This document shows positions 1 through 8,954 of a DNA stretch of 64,000 bases, in pieces. Numbering within the stretch: position 1 is the first letter of the stretch; every line of letters starts with the position of its first letter. The stretch spans positions 608 through 64,607 of the forward strand of contig JAYSNJ010000120.1 in assembly GCA_043723905.1 (NCBI GenBank), read 5' to 3'. The notes under the pieces were generated by a model. The model had not been told where the DNA came from, made no database searches, and saw only the letters and a program-made list of their open reading frames with translations. The translations under genes and the position numbers were made by a program. The DNA is from Holophagaceae bacterium (GTDB taxonomy: Bacteria; Acidobacteriota; Holophagae; Holophagales; Holophagaceae).

Positions 1-1
1 G

Positions 2-1207
2 GACCTTTCCACCGACGAGAAATACGCCAACCCGGGCGCTCCCGTGCGGCGCCAGCTTCCCAACGGAACCGTGGTGCTGCGCCAGGAGGGGGACTCCATC
101 TTCCTTTCCGGTGGCGGCGCCTCCCCCCAGGGGGACCGCCCCTTCCTCGACCGCCTCGATCTCCGCACTCTGAAGTCCCAGCGCCTGTTCCGCAGCAGCG
201 GGACCGAACTGGAGCGCTTCCTCGCCTTCACGGGGCCCGGTTCCAGGCAGTTCCTGACCTGGCACCAGTCGCCGCTGGATCCGCCCAATGCCTATACGCG
301 CACACTGGGCACCCCGGTCCAGGCCCCTGCCGGCGAGGCCGTGTTTTCCTCCCAGCGCGTCGCGCTGACCCACATCCCCGATCCGACCCCGCTCGTGCGC
401 CAGATCAAGAAGCGCCTCGTGACCTACAAACGGGCCGACGGCCTGGATCTTTCCTTCACCCTCTACACACCGCCGGGCTACCAGGCAGGCACCCGGGTCC
501 CGACCATCCTGTACGCCTATCCCCTGGACTACGCCGATGCCTCCAAGGCCGGCCAGATCTCGGGCTCCCAGGCCACCTTCACCCGCCTCCGGGACTACCG
601 CCTGCTGCTGATGGCCGGCTACGCCATCATCGACAATGCCGCCTTCCCCGTAGTGGGCGATCCCAAGAAGGCCTACGACACCTACCTGGAGCAGCTGGTG
701 GCCGATGCCAAGGCCGCCGTGGACAAGGCTGTGGAACTGGGCGTGGCAGACCCGGAGCGCATCGGCGTCACCGGCCACAGCCACGGCGCGCTGATGACGG
801 CCAACCTGCTGGCCCATTCCGATCTGTTCAGGGCCGGTGTGTCGACCAGCGGCTCCTACAACAAGACGCTCACCCCCTTCGGCTTCCAGAGCGAGCGGCG
901 CTCGGTGTGGGAGGCGCCGGAGGTCTACCGGAAGGTGTCCACCTTCTTCTCCGCCGACAAACTGAAGACTCCTCTCCTGATCGTCCACGGTGCCGACGAT
1001 GCCAACCCCGGCACCACACCCCTGCAGGCCACCAAGCTCTTCGAGGCCATCCGCGGCAACGGAGGCACCACACGGCTCGTCATGCTGCCCCACGAACCGC
1101 ACTGGTACACCGCCCGGGAATCCAACGAGCAGCTGGTCTTTGAAATGCTGCGGTGGTTCGATACGTACGTGAAACACGCCGCACCCCGCGCCTCGGTGGC
1201 GCCATGA
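2..1207 (+). CDS. S9-family (prolyl oligopeptidase type) serine peptidase, C-terminal catalytic part; 5' end lies upstream of the window
   Basis: Frame is open from the window edge. GVTGHSHGALM nucleophile elbow (GxSxG). LLIVHGADD and LPHEPHW acid/His regions are typical of S9 peptidases. Confidence 0.8.
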   Translation, partial: DLSTDEKYANPGAPVRRQLPNGTVVLRQEGDSIFLSGGGASPQGDRPFLDRLDLRTLKSQRLFRSSGTELERFLAFTGPGSRQFLTWHQSPLDPPNAYTRTLGTPVQAPAGEAVFSSQRVALTHIPDPTPLVRQIKKRLVTYKRADGLDLSFTLYTPPGYQAGTRVPTILYAYPLDYADASKAGQISGSQATFTRLRDYRLLLMAGYAIIDNAAFPVVGDPKKAYDTYLEQLVADAKAAVDKAVELGVADPERIGVTGHSHGALMTANLLAHSDLFRAGVSTSGSYNKTLTPFGFQSERRSVWEAPEVYRKVSTFFSADKLKTPLLIVHGADDANPGTTPLQATKLFEAIRGNGGTTRLVMLPHEPHWYTARESNEQLVFEMLRWFDTYVKHAAPRASVAP

Positions 1208-1311
1208 CCGCTTAAAGATCTACCCATGGAGAGTCGCGATCGGTGTCCAGGCTGGCACGGCGCTCCGGGGATTCATACCGATTCGCATTCAATAATCGAG
1301 AATGTAGTCGG

Positions 1312-1408
1312 GCGTTCGAAGTCGCTCCGCATCGCAGCCTCGCCCCCTGGCCGGTCTGCGCTGCTGCGCTTGACGCGCTCTGCTTCGCAGATCGCTATCT
1401 TCGAACGC
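1312..1408. repeat. possible degenerate member of the same inverted-repeat element family
   Basis: GCGTTCGAAG (1312-1321) and CTTCGAACGC (1399-1408) form a perfect 10-bp inverted repeat. The ends loosely resemble TGCATTTCGAGTAGCCGA of copies A and B (TGCGTTCGAAGATAGCGA). Confidence 0.35.
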
Positions 1409-1451
1409 ACCCTGGTATCAGCTGGTGTTGAGTATTGGCAAGGACCCGGGC

Positions 1452-2378
1452 TCAGCCCCGGGGCTCGGCTTCCAGGGCCATGGCCACCTGCGCCCCCACG
1501 AGGGCGTTGTGCTTCACCAGCGCCATGTTGGCGACCAGGCTGCTGCCTCCGGTCAGCTTGTTGATGCGATCCAGGAGGAAGGGGGTCACCCGCTTTCCCG
1601 TCACACCCTGCCGGGAGGCGTCCGCCAGGGCATGCGCGATGAGGGCATCGATCTCCTCCTGCTTCATGGCCTGGGGCTCCGGGATCGGATTGGCGATCAC
1701 GGCGCCCCCTGGGTAGCCCAGGGACCACTGAATGGCCAGCGTCCGCGCCACGGCCTGGGGGCTATCCAGGCGGAAGTCCACGGGAAAGCCGCTATCCCGG
1801 GTGAAGAAGGCCGGGAAACGGTCCGTCCGGTAGCCCATGACGGGAACCCCATGGGTTTCCAGGTACTCCAGTGTCAAGCCCAGATCGAGGATGGACTTGG
1901 CCCCCGCGCAGACCACCGCCACGGGCGTCTGGGACAGTTCGATCAGATCGGCGGAAATGTCGAAGCTGGTCTCGGCGCCCCGGTGCACACCACCGATGCC
2001 TCCCGTGACGAACACGCGGATGCCGGCCAGGTGGGCGGCGATCATGGTGCCCGCCACCGTGGTGGCCCCGATGCCCCCCATGGCCAAGACATAGGGCAGA
2101 TCGCGGCGGCTCACCTTGGCCACCTGGGTCGCCTTGCCGAGCTGCTCCAGCTCATCGTTGGTCAAGCCGACGTGGATGCGGCCCGAGAAGATGGCGATGG
2201 TGGCGGGAACGGCGCCCTCGGCGCGGATCAAGGCTTCCACCTCCCGGGCGGTCTCGACGTTCTGGGGGTAGGGCATGCCGTGGGCGATGATGGTCGATTC
2301 CAGGGCCACGATGGGCCGATTGGAAGCGATGGCTTCGGCGACTTCGGGGGAAAGCTGGAGGGTCTGGTGCATGGGCAT
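1452..2378 (-). CDS. psuG: pseudouridine-5'-phosphate glycosidase
   Basis: 308-aa ORF with end-to-end resemblance to E. coli YeiN/PsuG as I recall it ([43 protein letters not shown]). AAGAGG RBS lies upstream of the ATG. Confidence 0.9.
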   Translation of the reverse strand: MPMHQTLQLSPEVAEAIASNRPIVALESTIIAHGMPYPQNVETAREVEALIRAEGAVPATIAIFSGRIHVGLTNDELEQLGKATQVAKVSRRDLPYVLAMGGIGATTVAGTMIAAHLAGIRVFVTGGIGGVHRGAETSFDISADLIELSQTPVAVVCAGAKSILDLGLTLEYLETHGVPVMGYRTDRFPAFFTRDSGFPVDFRLDSPQAVARTLAIQWSLGYPGGAVIANPIPEPQAMKQEEIDALIAHALADASRQGVTGKRVTPFLLDRINKLTGGSSLVANMALVKHNALVGAQVAMALEAEPRG

Positions 2379-2384
2379 GTCCTC

Positions 2385-3500
2385 TTAGCGGGTCAGGGTC
2401 GTCGTTCCAGCTTCCGACAGGAAGGCCGGTGTGAGGGTGGGAGCCACGCTGGCGCGGCATCCCAGCGTAAGGGTGGCCAGTCGTTGCCCGAGACGGCAGG
2501 CGCGGACCAGGTCGTCGGGATCCCGGGCGAGGCTGGCCACCACCCCTGCGGCAAAGGCATCCCCCGCCCCCGTGACATCCACGATCCGGCAACGGGGAGC
2601 CTTGAAGTGCCGGGGTTTCCCCGAAGCGCCACAGCAGACGAGGCCCTCGCTCCCCAGGGTGACCACCACGCCCTTCGCGCCCTGCTCGCGCACCTCGAGA
2701 CAGGCGGCCATCACCGCAGGACGGTCCTTGAGCCTCCGCCCGACCCGGACGGCCAGCTCACCCCCGTTGAGGATCAGCGCCGAGACCCCCTCCAGGGATT
2801 CGGGCAGGCGGTCCATCTTGGGTTCGGACACCGCCACCACGATCAGGGCGGCCCCGCTCTGGCGGCTGTCCTCGATGAGCCCCGAGAGCAGGCCCTTCCC
2901 CAGGTTCAGGTCCACCACCCGCAGCCGTGTAGAGGCCCACAGGTTCCTCCGGCCCTGGAGCGCCTCCAGGGTCAACAAGTCCACCACGGCCATGTCGGCC
3001 ATGGCGATCACCATCTCGCCATCCGGTCCCAGCAGGGCTGTGTAGGTGCCCGTGGAAGCCCCGCTGGCCACCAGGGTCGCCCCCGTGTCGATGCCCAGAT
3101 CCCGGGCGTGCTTGAGCAGGGCGGCCCCGGGGAGGTCGTCCCCCACGGCCGCCATCAGGCGCACGGGCAGGTCCATGCGGGCCAGGTTCTCGGCCACGTT
3201 GCGCCCGACGCCCCCGAAGCTCTCCTTGAGGGCCACCGGGTTACTGGTGCCCATGGCCACGGGGCCGAGGCTCTTGGCGATGCGGTCCAGATTGGCCCCA
3301 CCAGCCACCAGGATCGGCTCGAGGGAGGGCAGCACGTAGGCGCGCCCCAGCAGGCGGTGGTCCTTCACCAGCTGGGCGATGTGGCTGGCCACGGCCGAGC
3401 GCGTGAGGCCGAGTCTCTCCGCCAGCTCCTGCTGCTGGATGAAGGGATTGGTCTGGATCAGTTCGAGGATCCGGTCTTTGCTGGAAGCAGGGGCGTTCAT
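2385..3500 (-). CDS. psuK: pseudouridine kinase (PfkB family) with N-terminal winged-helix HTH domain
   Basis: PfkB motifs GGANLD, GGVGRNVAENL and DVTGAGDAF. N-terminal ILELIQTNPFIQQQELAERLGLTRSAVASHIAQL is HTH-like. Stop lies 7 nt upstream of the psuG start. Confidence 0.8.
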   Translation of the reverse strand: MNAPASSKDRILELIQTNPFIQQQELAERLGLTRSAVASHIAQLVKDHRLLGRAYVLPSLEPILVAGGANLDRIAKSLGPVAMGTSNPVALKESFGGVGRNVAENLARMDLPVRLMAAVGDDLPGAALLKHARDLGIDTGATLVASGASTGTYTALLGPDGEMVIAMADMAVVDLLTLEALQGRRNLWASTRLRVVDLNLGKGLLSGLIEDSRQSGAALIVVAVSEPKMDRLPESLEGVSALILNGGELAVRVGRRLKDRPAVMAACLEVREQGAKGVVVTLGSEGLVCCGASGKPRHFKAPRCRIVDVTGAGDAFAAGVVASLARDPDDLVRACRLGQRLATLTLGCRASVAPTLTPAFLSEAGTTTLTR

Positions 3501-3704
3501 GGCTAGGTCACCAACATTTGTTAACAGCTTGGACTATTTTGTAGCCGAAGGGAACCGGGCGGATCCGAAGGGGCGAATGGAGCCTCCGGGAGGTCCGCCC
3601 GCCGCCAGCCCGAATGGGAATGGAGAAGGACACGCCGACCTGGGCGGGGGCTCTTCCCGACGAGGGACCTGTCCGTTCAATTCGCGGGCGCGTAAGCTCA
3701 CGGG

Positions 3705-4706
3705 ATGACCTGGAACCCCATGCCCCGGATGGATGCGGACCTCGCGGCCCTGCCCCTGGACGCCCAGCAGGGATTTCTTTTATCCCGCCTGGACGGCAGG
3801 ACGGATGTGCCCACACTGGCCAGCATCTCGGGGCTCCCCCTGGAGCGGGTGGTGGCCCTGCTCGAGGAGATGGTGGCTGCCGGGGCCATAGTCCCTGAAA
3901 CTGGAATCATCCCTGCATCTGAGATCGGCCCTGCTAATGGGATCGTCCCTGCCGCGGAGACCGCCCCGGAGGTTTCAGCCGTGAATCCGGAGCCTGACGA
4001 GATCGAAGTCGCCTCGGCTTCGAATGGGGAAGCCACGCACCGGCGGCTCTTCGAATCGAGGCTCCACGGCCATTCCGAGGATGCCCGCATCGCCCTGGCG
4101 AGGGTCGCCGAGGAGCCGGAGCTCAGCGCCCTCTGCTTCGACCCCATGCCCCGGGTCGTGGCCGCTCTGCTGGAGAACCCCCGGACGGGAGGGGCCCAGG
4201 CGCGCCTGATCGCCTCCCACCACCGGACTTCAGCGGGCCTGGAGGCGTTGGCTGCCCGCGCGGCCTTCACCCAGGATGATGGCGTGCGCCGCGCCCTGCT
4301 CCGCAATCCCGTGCTGCCGGCGGCTCTCTTCCGCCGCCTGTGGTCCCACCAGCGCCTCCTGGCCCAGTTCCTGGTGACCTCCTCCCGGGAATCCCCGGAG
4401 CAGATCCGCGCCATGGCCCGGGACCTCCTGCGCACCACCTTCAACCAGCGCCCCGGCGAGGAGCGGGTCGAACTCATCCTCACCACCGAGGGCCGCTGCC
4501 TCTCCGCTCTGGTCGGGCTCACCCTCGATGGCCAGACCACGGCCCTCCTCTGCCGCCGCAGCTACCATTCCGCCCTGCTCATCCAGAACATCGCCCGCTG
4601 GAGCGCGGCCCCGCCCCAGCTCATCGCCCACCTCCGCCGCCAGGAGGCGGTGCGCCGCAATGCCGTCCTGCGCCAGATGCTGGAGCGCCATCCCAACGCC
4701 ACCTGA
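3705..4706 (+). CDS. hypothetical protein (helical-repeat-like C-terminal region)
   Basis: 333-aa ORF with ATG start and coding-like third-position G+C. No family recognised. Alternative start at 3720. Confidence 0.55.
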   Translation: MTWNPMPRMDADLAALPLDAQQGFLLSRLDGRTDVPTLASISGLPLERVVALLEEMVAAGAIVPETGIIPASEIGPANGIVPAAETAPEVSAVNPEPDEIEVASASNGEATHRRLFESRLHGHSEDARIALARVAEEPELSALCFDPMPRVVAALLENPRTGGAQARLIASHHRTSAGLEALAARAAFTQDDGVRRALLRNPVLPAALFRRLWSHQRLLAQFLVTSSRESPEQIRAMARDLLRTTFNQRPGEERVELILTTEGRCLSALVGLTLDGQTTALLCRRSYHSALLIQNIARWSAAPPQLIAHLRRQEAVRRNAVLRQMLERHPNAT

Positions 4707-4899
4707 CCGGGGCTGGGCTGCCCCCCATGGGTTCATCTCGGCGAGGATCCGACTCGCCCCTCGTTTTCCCGGGTTGACCCCAGGTGGAGCGACACCCGGG
4801 ACGGAGAAGCTAGGCTCGAAGGGAAATCACGCCGCCGTGCGGATACTGCGCAATGGCATTCCAGGGAAGCCCTGGGGCTTTCTCACCGAAAGGTCCTTC

Positions 4900-6492
4900 A
4901 TGAACTATGGTCCCGTCCTTTGCCTCGCGATGCTCCTTGTGGCAGGTGCCCAGCCAGCCCTGGCAGACCCCCCAGCAAGGAGTGGCAGGATCCCGGTAGA
5001 GAAACCCTCCGATCTGCCCACTCATGCCTACGCCATCCAGGGCAATCCCAGCGCGGTGGCCCAGAACCATGAAGCCGTGCTCGTCCTGGCCAGGCAGGTG
5101 GAAAGGGACCTGAAGGCCGATCTGGAGGCCTTCGAGGTCCGGGACAAGGCCTCCCTCACCAGCCTCTACACCAGCCTCTACGTGACGGCCCTGCTGAGGG
5201 AGGACTTCCCCGCCGCCGGAACGTGCCTGGAACGGGTCCGGGGGCTCCAGGAGAATGGCGTCGCCAAGCTCATGACGGGCCTGCTCACGGGACCACTGAT
5301 CCAGACCATGGCAGCCCCGGGAACGGATCTCCACGCCACCTACCGCAGCCTGCTCTCCAAGCGCCTCGCGGAGCTGCCCTTCAAGGAGGTCGAGGGCATC
5401 CTGGAGCGAATGACAAAAGGCCAGAAGGCGGCCTCAAAGGATCAGATCGTTGCCGGCCTTGCGGCAGGATTGGACCCCCTGGTGAAGGACGGGGCACTCA
5501 CGGAGGATGCCGCGGGTTCGATCCTGGATGCGGCCATGACTCTCCACATCACCCTGCCCATGAGGGAGGATGTGGTGGCCTGCCTGGAGGCCCTGTGCGA
5601 GGCTCACAAGGCAGACAACGCTGGCGGGAAGACCCACCGGACACCCCTTGGAACGACCCGGCTCAATGCCAAAGGCCTCTATTTGGGCCAGCCTCTGCCC
5701 GGAGAAACCCCGGTGCTCTTTGCGCCTGAGGTCCTGAAGGCGGTGAGTCCATGGGTGAGCGGAATCGCCTTCTCGAAGGACGGGGCCGAATGCTTCCTCC
5801 ACGTGGGGGATGCCAACTACAGCGGCATGAGCATGTACTACTCGAAGTGCGTGAATGGTGTCTGGATGCCCCTGGTGGAACCTGCCTTCCTGGCGGGATT
5901 CACCTCCTCCGGCGAGCCCCTCTTCTCGCAGGATGGCCGCACGCTGACCTTCACCGCGAAGAAGGGGACTCGTTCCACGGATCTTTGGACGGTGAGCCGC
6001 ACAACCTCGGGCTGGGGCAATCCCGTTGCCATGCCTGCCCCCATCAACACGGACACGAACGAGTTCCGCGGCAGCTTCGCCTCGGATGGGACCTTCTATT
6101 TCGGATCGGAACGCGTCTCGCCGGGCATCAACCAGGTGTTCAAGGCGAGGAAGAACGCCTCCCAGGCCTGGGTGGCCGAGCAATTGGGCGGGCCCATCAA
6201 CGCGCTCTCCTACGACGGCGATCCCTGCATCGCCCCGGACGGACGCTTCCTGGTCACCTACGCCGGACGGGTCGGTGGGTATGGCCGCGTGGACCTCTAC
6301 GTGACCTTCAGCGACGGCAAGGGGGGATGGGGAACCCCCGTCAACCTGGGGCCGAAGTTCAACAGCCCCGACGACGAGTTCGGCGCCTGCCTTTCCCAGG
6401 ACGGGAAGCACATGTTCTTCAACCGCCACACCGCCGAGGGGGACAAGCTCTACTGGGTGGCCGTCACCGCCATCGACAAGCTCAGGCCCTGA
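4900..6492 (+). CDS. secreted protein with C-terminal PD40/TolB-like beta-propeller repeats
   Basis: Start chosen at MNYGPVLCLAMLLVAGAQPALA (Sec signal, AAAGG RBS). Repeated FSxDG motifs: FSKDGAECF, FSQDGRTLTF, FASDGTFYF, IAPDGRFLV, LSQDGKHMFF. The upstream part of ORF 4528..6492 overlaps the previous gene and was discarded. Confidence 0.7.
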   Translation: MNYGPVLCLAMLLVAGAQPALADPPARSGRIPVEKPSDLPTHAYAIQGNPSAVAQNHEAVLVLARQVERDLKADLEAFEVRDKASLTSLYTSLYVTALLREDFPAAGTCLERVRGLQENGVAKLMTGLLTGPLIQTMAAPGTDLHATYRSLLSKRLAELPFKEVEGILERMTKGQKAASKDQIVAGLAAGLDPLVKDGALTEDAAGSILDAAMTLHITLPMREDVVACLEALCEAHKADNAGGKTHRTPLGTTRLNAKGLYLGQPLPGETPVLFAPEVLKAVSPWVSGIAFSKDGAECFLHVGDANYSGMSMYYSKCVNGVWMPLVEPAFLAGFTSSGEPLFSQDGRTLTFTAKKGTRSTDLWTVSRTTSGWGNPVAMPAPINTDTNEFRGSFASDGTFYFGSERVSPGINQVFKARKNASQAWVAEQLGGPINALSYDGDPCIAPDGRFLVTYAGRVGGYGRVDLYVTFSDGKGGWGTPVNLGPKFNSPDDEFGACLSQDGKHMFFNRHTAEGDKLYWVAVTAIDKLRP

Positions 6493-6497
6493 TCCGA

Positions 6498-6609
6498 GAT
6501 CGTGCATTTCGAGTAGCCGACCGCCGCCAGGCGGGCGGCGTAGAGCGGGGCGGAACAGGCTTGGGCGAAGCCCAAACTGTGCCGCCCCGCGGCTCGAAAT
6601 GCCGGAATG
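6498..6609. repeat. intergenic inverted-repeat element, copy A
   Basis: Termini GCATTTCGAG (6504-6513) and CTCGAAATGC (6593-6602) are reverse complements. 28-nt and 23-nt end blocks recur in inverted orientation at 31970-32203. Confidence 0.75.
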
Positions 6610-6719
6610 CGCCGCCCCTTGCGAGGATGGGGAACGGGCCCGATGAACTTCGGAAAAGGTGCACCTGCGCCTTCGCCCGCGCCGGTTGCCAGGCGCAAGC
6701 GAAGCCGGGAATGGAGCCC

Positions 6720-8546
6720 TCAGCGGGAAAGCGTGAGCGTGTAGGGTGTGGCCGAGCTGTAGCTGCTGTACCGGTGGACGTTGATGTAGAGGGTCTTGGA
6801 GCTCGAAGTGCTAGTGTTCTTGTAGCTCACATGCTCCGTGGTGCCTGCATTCTCCGATTTAGCCAGTCTGGTCCCCGTGCTGCTGCAGAGATACAGATCG
6901 TAGTCCTGGCTGGAGGCCGTCGGGCCGGTCATGTCCACGGTGAGGGTGCGACCCGCGGGGAGCACCACCGCGAAGTAGTCGTCATTGTCCGAGGTGCTCG
7001 GGAAGTAGCCGAGGATCCTGGTGACGGTGGCCCCGAGTGCATTGGCGGTGGAGATCGTGTTGTTGGCCTCAGCCTCGGCGAAGGTGGTGCTGATGACCGA
7101 GGTCACGGTCACGGTGGCGGCGGCGGACTTGAGGGGCTCGGCCACGCTGGTGGCCTTGACGGTATAGGTCCCCGCCGCCGCAGGAGCGGTGTAGAGGCCA
7201 GCGGTGGTGACGGAGCCTCCCGTGCAGGTCCAGGTCACGGACGCATTGGTGGAATTGCTGACCGTGGCCACGAAGGGCTGGGTCCCGCCCGTGGGCAGGG
7301 AGACCGCGGTCGGGCTGAGGGCCACGCTCACCGCGGCCACCGGAGTCACGGTCACTGTGGTGGTGGCGGACTTGGACGTGTCGACCGTGGAGGTGGCCGT
7401 CACGGTGAAGGTCCCCGCACTGCCAGGGGCTGTGTACAGGCCGGCCGTCGTGACCGATCCCCCCGTGCAGGTCCAGCTCACGGAGGTCGTCGCGCTGCCG
7501 GTCACTGTGGCTGTGAACTGCTTCGTGCCTCCCGGGGAAAGCGCTACCGTAGTCGGACTGAGGCTGACGGAGACGTTGCTGGCAGGAGCGGCGTGGAGAG
7601 GATAGGAGTCCGTCTGGGTGCCATAGGCGACGGTGAAGGTGTTGTAGCCCGTGGTGTTGAGGACGATGTTCCCGTTGGCCACCACACCGTGGCCGGAAGA
7701 AAGGGTTCCTCCATTCCCGGTTTCCGTGAGGTAGGTGTAGCAGTTCCCCGCGGCCAGCCGGTCCAGGATGCTCTGCACGGGGTGGAGGTACGAATTGCCG
7801 TTCCCCACCATGATCACGGCGGCGGTGGGGTGCAGCGCATTGAGGAAGGTCGGGTTCGTGGAATACGCCGAACCATGGTGGTTCACCTTGAAGGCATCGA
7901 CTTCCCCCACACCGGAGACGGTGGCGATGGGGGATTCCAGATCCGCGTAGGACGACGACTCGCCGCCGCAGTCCCCCCCGGTGAAGTAGTGGAATCCGTT
8001 GAAGCTGAGGAGCCAGGCATTGCTGAGGTCGTTCTCGGAACTGGTGGCGTTGGAGACCGCCCCATAGCCCAGCACCGTGCCATCGGTGGCCAGGCACTTG
8101 AGAGTCACGCCTCCCCCCAGATCGAGGGTCGTACCGACGGTCAGCGTCTGGCGTCCCCCCGAAGCCGAGTTGGCCGCGGTGGAGTACGCGGTGTAGACCG
8201 CAGTGGTGGGGACGGCGTGGACCGTGCCCCGGTCGTAGACCGTGCCGATGTTGGAAGCGCCGAGGCCGTTGAGGACCTCGTCCAGGCCCCCGATGTGATC
8301 GGCGTGGTAGTGGGTGGCGACCACATAGTCCAGCCGGGTCACGCCGAGATTCTGGAGATAGGGGAGGACTCTCGAGGTCCCCTTGGTGTTATCCCCGGCG
8401 TCGATCAGGAGGGTCTTCCCGGTGGGGGAGACGAACAGGGTGGCATCCCCCTGGCCCACGTTGATGTGATGGATGACCAGGCCCTGCGCCTGCAGGAGGG
8501 TGCTCAGCGCGAGCAGGAATAGAGCAAAGACTACCGATCTCTTCAT
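6720..8546 (-). CDS. secreted MBL-fold metallo-hydrolase (ComEC-type beta-lactamase domain) with two Ig-like (Big_2-type) domains and a C-terminal PPC-like domain
   Basis: Signal peptide MKRSVVFALFLLALSTLLQAQG. HINVGQGDA and HYHADHIGG metal motifs. Two tandem ~81-aa repeats. C-terminal EANNTISTAN...DDYFAV...YDLYL resembles a pre-peptidase C-terminal domain. Confidence 0.75.
   Translation of the reverse strand: MKRSVVFALFLLALSTLLQAQGLVIHHINVGQGDATLFVSPTGKTLLIDAGDNTKGTSRVLPYLQNLGVTRLDYVVATHYHADHIGGLDEVLNGLGASNIGTVYDRGTVHAVPTTAVYTAYSTAANSASGGRQTLTVGTTLDLGGGVTLKCLATDGTVLGYGAVSNATSSENDLSNAWLLSFNGFHYFTGGDCGGESSSYADLESPIATVSGVGEVDAFKVNHHGSAYSTNPTFLNALHPTAAVIMVGNGNSYLHPVQSILDRLAAGNCYTYLTETGNGGTLSSGHGVVANGNIVLNTTGYNTFTVAYGTQTDSYPLHAAPASNVSVSLSPTTVALSPGGTKQFTATVTGSATTSVSWTCTGGSVTTAGLYTAPGSAGTFTVTATSTVDTSKSATTTVTVTPVAAVSVALSPTAVSLPTGGTQPFVATVSNSTNASVTWTCTGGSVTTAGLYTAPAAAGTYTVKATSVAEPLKSAAATVTVTSVISTTFAEAEANNTISTANALGATVTRILGYFPSTSDNDDYFAVVLPAGRTLTVDMTGPTASSQDYDLYLCSSTGTRLAKSENAGTTEHVSYKNTSTSSSKTLYINVHRYSSYSSATPYTLTLSR
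7102..7580. repeat. intragenic tandem duplication, two units of ~243 nt, encoding the two Ig-like domains of the MBL protein
   Basis: GTCACGGTCAC... restarts at 7102 and 7345 (period 243 nt). Protein repeats VSVSLSPTTVALSPGGTKQFTATV... and VSVALSPTAVSLPTGGTQPFVATV... Boundaries are approximate. Confidence 0.7.
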
Positions 8547-8954
8547 TCCGAGACCTCCTCCGAATGGGGAAAACTCACGGTGCAGGAACAGCCCTTCCCT
8601 GCCCTGTAGGGAAAAGCCGAAATGTCAGGTTTAAGCGGATGAGCCTCCCGATCATCGAGTGGTCCGGTCGGATGGACCAGTGAATTTTTGTGAAGATTGG
8701 AGAGCCTTCCCCGGGGACTGCCGGCACACAGCGGCGACTGGGCCTTCCCCAGATCGGCCGAAGCCCGGGATTTGTCGTTCCGGGTGCGGTGTTGGGGGTT
8801 CGACGCCCGGACCCGGCTCGGATCCCCCGGCGACCTTGGGAGGGTGCCCTGAAACAGGAATTGGAGATCCGGCCTTGCCGGGTATTCAATAGCCCGTACA
8901 TTGCGGATCAAGAACCCCCAATTCCGGTGATTCCTCCTGCTGGCGAGGCGAAAC

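Noticed and set aside
5751-8522. Very long ORFs antisense to or overlapping real genes, for example 5751..8522 (+), 1425..3506 (+), 42461..45325 (+), 9830..11521 (+), 47839..49515 (-) and 56767..58752 (+).
   Set aside because: Their products are Arg/Gly/Pro/His-rich low-complexity strings with no motifs. Each lies opposite a gene with clear family signatures. In high-G+C DNA the antisense frames are stop-poor by composition alone.
8790-8825. tRNA-like T-loop sequence GGGGGTTCGACGCCC in the 8547-8954 intergenic region.
   Set aside because: I could not build a 5-bp T-stem, an acceptor stem or an anticodon arm around it. It is probably a chance match to GGTTCGA.
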